Shown piece by piece: positions 59,322 through 64,000 of a stretch of DNA of 64,000 nucleotides (position 1 is its first letter; each line of letters begins with the position of its first letter). Origin of the DNA: Nitrospira sp. (lineage in GTDB: Bacteria; Nitrospirota; Nitrospiria; Nitrospirales; Nitrospiraceae); NCBI GenBank assembly GCA_047150005.1, contig AP038806.1:3744001-3808000 (forward strand), written 5' to 3'. A program made the translations under genes and the position numbers. The notes under the pieces were generated by a model, which saw only the letters and a program-made list of their open reading frames with translations, did no database searches and was not told where the DNA came from.

Positions 59322-59859
59322 GCCGTCGATGGTAGTGATCTGCTCGCTGGCGATCGCCCTCGGCGGGGTATGGACCGGATGGTCGGCTGAAGAGCGTGGC
59401 TATGGAGTGGGGCGGCCGGCCACCGATGAAGAGATTCGTGCATGGGACATCGACGTGAATTCGACCGGGGAGGGACTCCCACCGGGACAAGGCACGGTAA
59501 AACAGGGCGCGCACGTGTTTGCATCCAAATGCGCCGTGTGCCACGGCCCGACAGGTATCGAAGGTCCAAAGGACAAACTGGTAGGCGGACAAAACACGCT
59601 GACGGCGGCGAAGCCGCTCAAGACGATCGGCAGTTACTGGCCGTATGCGACCACGCTGTACGACTATATTCACCGAGCCATGCCCTTTACCGCGCCGCAG
59701 TCTCTCACTCCGGATGAGACCTATTCAGTCGTGGCATGGCTGCTCTTCCAGAATAAGATTATCGCAGAGGATACGGTGATTAATGCGCAGACGTTACCCA
59801 CCATACACATGCCGAACCGGAACGGCTTTGTTCAGGATCCACGACCAGACATTCGTTAA
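59293..59859 (+). CDS. soxD: Monohaem cytochrome c (SoxD/SorB-like partner)
   Basis: AWDIDV..GLPPGQG..CAVCHG, TIGSYWPYATTLYDYIHRAMP, MPNRNGF. Confidence 0.85.
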   Translation: MDTYGTSLSKPSMVVICSLAIALGGVWTGWSAEERGYGVGRPATDEEIRAWDIDVNSTGEGLPPGQGTVKQGAHVFASKCAVCHGPTGIEGPKDKLVGGQNTLTAAKPLKTIGSYWPYATTLYDYIHRAMPFTAPQSLTPDETYSVVAWLLFQNKIIAEDTVINAQTLPTIHMPNRNGFVQDPRPDIR

Positions 59860-60331
59860 ATTTGAGGGAAGAGGAGCGACGGGACCAACCCACATTCTTG
59901 TAGAAACTCACAACCCGATCCATCAAGATTCTATTCAACTCCGCTTGGACGCTGACCAAACACGCAGGGGTTTCACACCTGTTGATATCTTGCAACAACC
60001 TGAGCGCAAACGACTCCTTCTCGGCCGTTGAGAGCTGGGCCAGCTGGGCGAGCGAATTGAAGTACGGCAGCACAGCCAACAGGGTGATCGCTTTGAGCTG
60101 TGCCAATTCTGAAATGCCGCTGGCTGGAGGCTGCGTGAGCGGCAAGAGGGACGCCGTGTCAGATTGAGAATCGGGCCGTATGGTTGCGGGAACGGCCGGC
60201 TCAATCGGAGGAGGTTTCGCCTCAGCATGCGACGAACTCTGTTCACCGTCGCTCTGGGCTGATTGAGCATGGGCGGTGGCCGCGGTCATCGCGAAGACCG
60301 CACCCAAGCACATCAGAGCAGGGTAGGTCAT
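59780..60331 (-). CDS. Secreted hypothetical protein
   Basis: Signal peptide ending AHA; 3' end overlaps the cytochrome gene, so the end is uncertain. Confidence 0.45.
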   Translation of the reverse strand: MTYPALMCLGAVFAMTAATAHAQSAQSDGEQSSSHAEAKPPPIEPAVPATIRPDSQSDTASLLPLTQPPASGISELAQLKAITLLAVLPYFNSLAQLAQLSTAEKESFALRLLQDINRCETPACLVSVQAELNRILMDRVVSFYKNVGWSRRSSSLKFNECLVVDPEQSRSGSACVWWVTSAH

Positions 60332-60741
60332 AGTTGTTCTTCTCACCACTGCTCTCTAAAGTCCAGCAGATGGCGATTTTTCTGCCGGTGAAGTGCTACC
60401 AGATGTTGGGCGAAGGATGGCGACAGCTGCCGGCCACGGAGAAACCAGAGCAGCATAATCTCGCCAAGGCGATGCCGCGCAATAACAGGGGACACGCTAC
60501 TTGATTGAACAGGCTACGGCAGAACATCGGCCATTTCATCCTCTCTTAACCACCGAAGTGGATCGGTGGTCGTGCAATCGAACACGCTCTTCCCGTAGAA
60601 TAATGAGTACGAACACACGATGCCATGCCTTGTGCAAGGATGGCTCATGACTACGTTCACTGCGCCATGAGTCGTTGCGAGGTGTATTCGCGACAGCCGA
60701 CGAAAACGACCAACCAGTCACACCACCGAGGGGATATCACC

Positions 60742-60921
60742 ATGAAGAATGTTGACATGACTGTGGATGGGACGATGCTGACTATTAAAGTTGATCTCTC
60801 GAAGGAATTTGGACCTTCCGCATCAGGAAAAACCATCATTATCGCTTCGACGGAGGGGAATGTGACGATTCCGAATCGGGAGGAAAAAGTCGGGCTCAAC
60901 GTGTACCGAAAGAAGTCGTAA
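60742..60921 (+). CDS. Small conserved hypothetical protein
   Basis: GAGGGG RBS; LTIKVDLSKEFGPSASGKTIIIASTEGN. Confidence 0.75.
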   Translation: MKNVDMTVDGTMLTIKVDLSKEFGPSASGKTIIIASTEGNVTIPNREEKVGLNVYRKKS

Positions 60922-61027
60922 CAAGCGGCGCAGGTTCCTCCCGACGAACCGGTGTGCGTGTATCGGTCCGGCTCTGGTATGCTCTCCGCAAGGAGAATGA
61001 AACCCATCATGCCGCCTTGCCGAGCGA

Positions 61028-61183
61028 TCACTTATGCGCTTCGCTTTGAGTCGGCCTTTCACCCGCATCCTCTTTCGAGTCCCAGATCCATTCGAGCAGC
61101 GCTGAAACTAGGATCGCGAAGGCTGTCAGAATCACGCCAACAAACAGCACGATAATCAGGCTGCCGGTCCAATCGTGAAACAT
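61028..61183 (-). CDS. Small single-TM protein
   Basis: GGAGG RBS; one hydrophobic helix. Confidence 0.5.
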   Translation of the reverse strand: MFHDWTGSLIIVLFVGVILTAFAILVSALLEWIWDSKEDAGERPTQSEAHK

Positions 61184-61595
61184 CGTGCACCTCCCGGCCA
61201 AGAGTCGATGTTCGTCTTCATTATTGTATAGCGGACTCCACATGCTGAAGTCCTGGAACTAACCCTGGCTCGGAAACATCTCCGCCCTGTCCGACACTCG
61301 AACCCTGGAGATACCCCTTGCTCCTTTTTCCTTTTCCGACCACGTCGCGTCGCGTATTATGCCTTCCCTCTTCAATCATGCCGGCCTGATTGATCTGTCA
61401 TCACGCAACAACTGTTTGACCTGCCGCTGCCGACGACGGCGCAGAAATGTCCGTGATCGCAACGCTACGTTCAAGCAAACACAGCTTCCCACGTGTGCGC
61501 CACGGTGACCCCATGATGCTCGCATCTCTGTTTTCTGCAGACATTCGACCACGACCATATTCGTTTACATTGGTGTTTCAGCAAGGGAGGTGCGG

Positions 61596-61841
61596 AGAGA
61601 CTTTGTGTTGGTCGATCCGCAAGACCTGCGGGTCCATCTGGTGGTCGAGGTAGACGATCGGACTCACGAGTCGGAACACCGCCGTCGGCGCGACAGGTTG
61701 GTGGAAGATGTCCTACAACGCGGAGGGGTTAAGCTGGTTCGTATTCCCGCCGCCCGCTCATATGATGTGGCGACTCTTCACCGAGAACTTGGTTTTCTCG
61801 ATGATCGACCAGACGCGCAAACGTCCGCAACGTCGTTCTGA
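61596..61841 (+). pseudogene. DUF2726-like C-terminal fragment
   Basis: DFVLVD..VVEVDDRTH..RD..VL..GVKLVRI; N-terminal half absent or decayed. Confidence 0.6.
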
Positions 61842-61860
61842 GCCGGTCTTGAAGATGAGC

Positions 61861-61887
61861 CTGGATTCCCGCGTTCGCGGGAGTGAC
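61861..61887. repeat. REP-like palindrome, empty IS30 target
   Basis: CTGGATTCCCGCGTTCGCGGGAGTGAC. Confidence 0.75.
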
Positions 61888-61917
61888 GGAATTCTCAAAC
61901 CGTTTTCCATTCATCCG

Positions 61918-62400
61918 TCATCGCATCGCGGCGGGCGCACAGTGAAACTCTTCCACGACTGGAAACACGAGCGCAGCAAAGTCCCAGTACCGCATGCGGA
62001 TCGCGTCTGAATGAGTGCCGGCTTCAAAGACAATCTGCTCATCGTCGGTGAGCGACCGATCAACATACACAGGAAGCCCATAGAGGGTGCCGAGAGGCGG
62101 CATCGCGCCCAGCTCGCAGTCCGGGAAGAGTCGTGTGAGCTCCTCCTCGGTTGCGAGCCGCACATGGCGGGTCATGAAGATCTTCCGGAGGCGATGGAGA
62201 TCCACGTTCCAGCTTGCCTGCAGCACCGTCGTCACGAACCGCCCGTCCACCTTCACGATCACAACCTTGGCCATCTCTTGTTCTACTGTATGGAGCGTCT
62301 GAGCGATGGCAGCGGCGCGGAATGTCCGCGTGTGGGGCAACACATCGTAGTGCACGTGTTCACGATCGAGATGGGTTTTGAGTGTTGGTGAAATAGGCAA
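61918..62400 (-). CDS. YbaK/EbsC (ProX-like) aminoacyl-tRNA editing family protein
   Basis: TTG start with AGGAGG RBS; MAKVVIV, LATEEEL..FPDCELGAMPP, FEAGTH. Confidence 0.88.
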   Translation of the reverse strand: MPISPTLKTHLDREHVHYDVLPHTRTFRAAAIAQTLHTVEQEMAKVVIVKVDGRFVTTVLQASWNVDLHRLRKIFMTRHVRLATEEELTRLFPDCELGAMPPLGTLYGLPVYVDRSLTDDEQIVFEAGTHSDAIRMRYWDFAALVFPVVEEFHCAPAAMR

Positions 62401-62674
62401 GGCCGCACCTCCTGTAATGGCTGACCACCTGACGGGGGTCGGTGGTAGGTGGTTGAAAAAGACAGGAGACTGTTCGGAAACGATGGGATGATGGTCTGAA
62501 TGTTGTTCATGACCACATCTCCGCGTCGATCATGATGACCGGACCGGCAGTTCCCAGCATTATACCTATTTCGTTTGCAGATGCATGCATTTTTTTTCGT
62601 CACAATCCGACAGGCTGTCGTTCGTTGGTGGGAGGTGCCGTCGGGCAGCAAGGACGAGCGTTCGGGCGATCAGG

Positions 62675-63685
62675 TCATTCCCGCGAAAGCGGGAAGGTGG
62701 AGTCACATTTGAAGTGCAACAGATCACGAGTAAACACCTCGGCCGGTGTCTCATAGTCGAGACACTTGCGCGGGGTGTGATTATACGCCCGCACCAGCGC
62801 CAGCAAGCGGCGGGTGGAGAGCGTGGCCAAGTCAGTTTTCCGGGGGAGGGCACGGCGCATCCGGCCGATACCGTTTTCGATACCCCCTTTTTGCCACGGG
62901 GCATGCGGGTCACAAAAGTAGGTGCGCATGCCGAGCGGGTGCAGCTGATCGTGATACGCGAACTCCGTGCCGTTATCGAACGTGATGGTCCGGCGCAGGG
63001 CCGGAGGCAGGGCGGCAAACAGCGCCGTGAGTCGGGCGGCCACCGGCTGGGCCCCCTTCGTGGGTTGCCGGCTGGCCACCAACACGCGCGAGCGGCGTTC
63101 CTGCGTCACCAGGACCGCCTGGCCATATTTCACAAACAGCATCAGATCGGCCTCCCAATGGCCAGGGTCCTGCCGCTGCTGGATCGCCGCCGGTCGCTCG
63201 CTAATGGGGACGCGGCTGCGGATGTGGTCCACGGCACTGCCGCCTTTGCGCCCCCGCCACCCGCGTTTGCTTTTGCCCCGCGGCAAATAATGCCGCCAGC
63301 GATAGTCTTTCGTCCGGCGGATCTGGCTGGCGATGAAGCGGTAGATCGACTCGGAGCTGATGCGCAGCGCGCAGCCGTCGCGCTTGAGCCGGCCGGCGAC
63401 TTGAGCGGGCGACCAGCCCTGCCCCAACCAGCGCAGGACGTGGGCCTGCAGCGCCGGTTGCCGGAGCAGACGACTCCCGCGCCAGCGGCGGCTGCGGGTC
63501 TGCTCCTGGGCATAGGCAGGCGCATAGCCCACCTGGGCGCCGCGATTGCGCCTCAGTTCCCGCAGAATGGTCGATGGCGCGCGATCCAGAGCTGCTGCAA
63601 TTTGGCGGATGGTTTGCCCGGCTTCGCGAGCCCGGGCAATCGTACACCGGTCTTCCAAGGAGAGCTGCGCATAGTGTCGTCCCAT
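62675..63685 (-). CDS. IS30-family transposase (copy 3)
   Basis: As copy 2 with tail FPLSRE. Confidence 0.93.
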   Translation of the reverse strand: MGRHYAQLSLEDRCTIARAREAGQTIRQIAAALDRAPSTILRELRRNRGAQVGYAPAYAQEQTRSRRWRGSRLLRQPALQAHVLRWLGQGWSPAQVAGRLKRDGCALRISSESIYRFIASQIRRTKDYRWRHYLPRGKSKRGWRGRKGGSAVDHIRSRVPISERPAAIQQRQDPGHWEADLMLFVKYGQAVLVTQERRSRVLVASRQPTKGAQPVAARLTALFAALPPALRRTITFDNGTEFAYHDQLHPLGMRTYFCDPHAPWQKGGIENGIGRMRRALPRKTDLATLSTRRLLALVRAYNHTPRKCLDYETPAEVFTRDLLHFKCDSTFPLSRE

Positions 63686-63732
63686 TGCAACACCTTACCC
63701 CACAGGTGTTGCACTTCGTTTGTGAATCTAGG
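62696..63732 (-). mobile_element. IS30-family type B, copy 3
   Basis: 1037 bp; flanked by GAA/GAA (TTC on the element strand) inside the same REP. Confidence 0.93.
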
Positions 63733-63832
63733 GAATCCAGTCAAGATCTTCGAGCCAGTTCCCAAATAGATTCGCGTCGATGTATCCTCGGGGCTGGACC
63801 GATCTCTGGCCGAACCGAAGAGGAGATGCATC

Positions 63833-64000
63833 ATGAAGATGCTGACCATCATCTGCCGTGAACCGTTTGAAGATGAGGTGCTCGGAATTTTCCGCAGGCT
63901 GAAGATTAAAGGCTACACGGTAGTCCACGGGGTAGGCGGCAGCGGGGAAACCGGCGCAGTCTCAGTGACGCACACCTCATCCGACCGGAATAAGCTGCTC
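63833..64000 (+). CDS. PII-like family protein, 3'-truncated by window edge
   Basis: AGGAG RBS; MKMLTII..IKGYTVV.GVGGSGETG. Confidence 0.7.
   Translation, partial: MKMLTIICREPFEDEVLGIFRRLKIKGYTVVHGVGGSGETGAVSVTHTSSDRNKLL

Noticed and set aside
1..64000. tRNA, rRNA, riboswitch or prophage genes
   Set aside because: None recognised by eye; a covariance-model scan would be needed to exclude small RNAs

Overview
GC-rich bacterial chromosome window. The gene content and repeat types suggest a Nitrospira-like organism (inference only). Positions 1-25 kb are mostly housekeeping and envelope genes: a DAACS symporter end, a four-lipoprotein operon, pssA, a TM0106-type nuclease-helicase, two paralogous YncE-like beta-propellers, AsmA, an HTH-WYL regulator, two MFS permeases and an aceE-aceF-lpdA operon. 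Positions 25.5-55.5 kb are an accessory tract with eight toxin-antitoxin-type modules plus relics, a type III restriction-modification locus, a small alarmone hydrolase, two modular coiled-coil paralogs, Tex and five IS copies (IS5, IS3, three IS30-family). The tract is separated into units by heptamer-repeat spacers and REP-like palindromes. Positions 55.5-64 kb hold mlaC-like, soxCD-like, ybaK-like and PII-like genes and a sixth IS copy (IS30 family). Three observations stand out. (1) Four copies of GTGAC-N7-GTCAC-N10-TAnnnT have the geometry of PafBC/DriD-type WYL-activated promoters and define a candidate regulon for the local WYL protein. (2) TA modules sit as cassettes between direct repeats, with no integrase in the window. 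(3) An IS30-family element inserts at one fixed position of a REP palindrome and takes its transposase stop codon from the target. No rRNA, tRNA or CRISPR array was seen.
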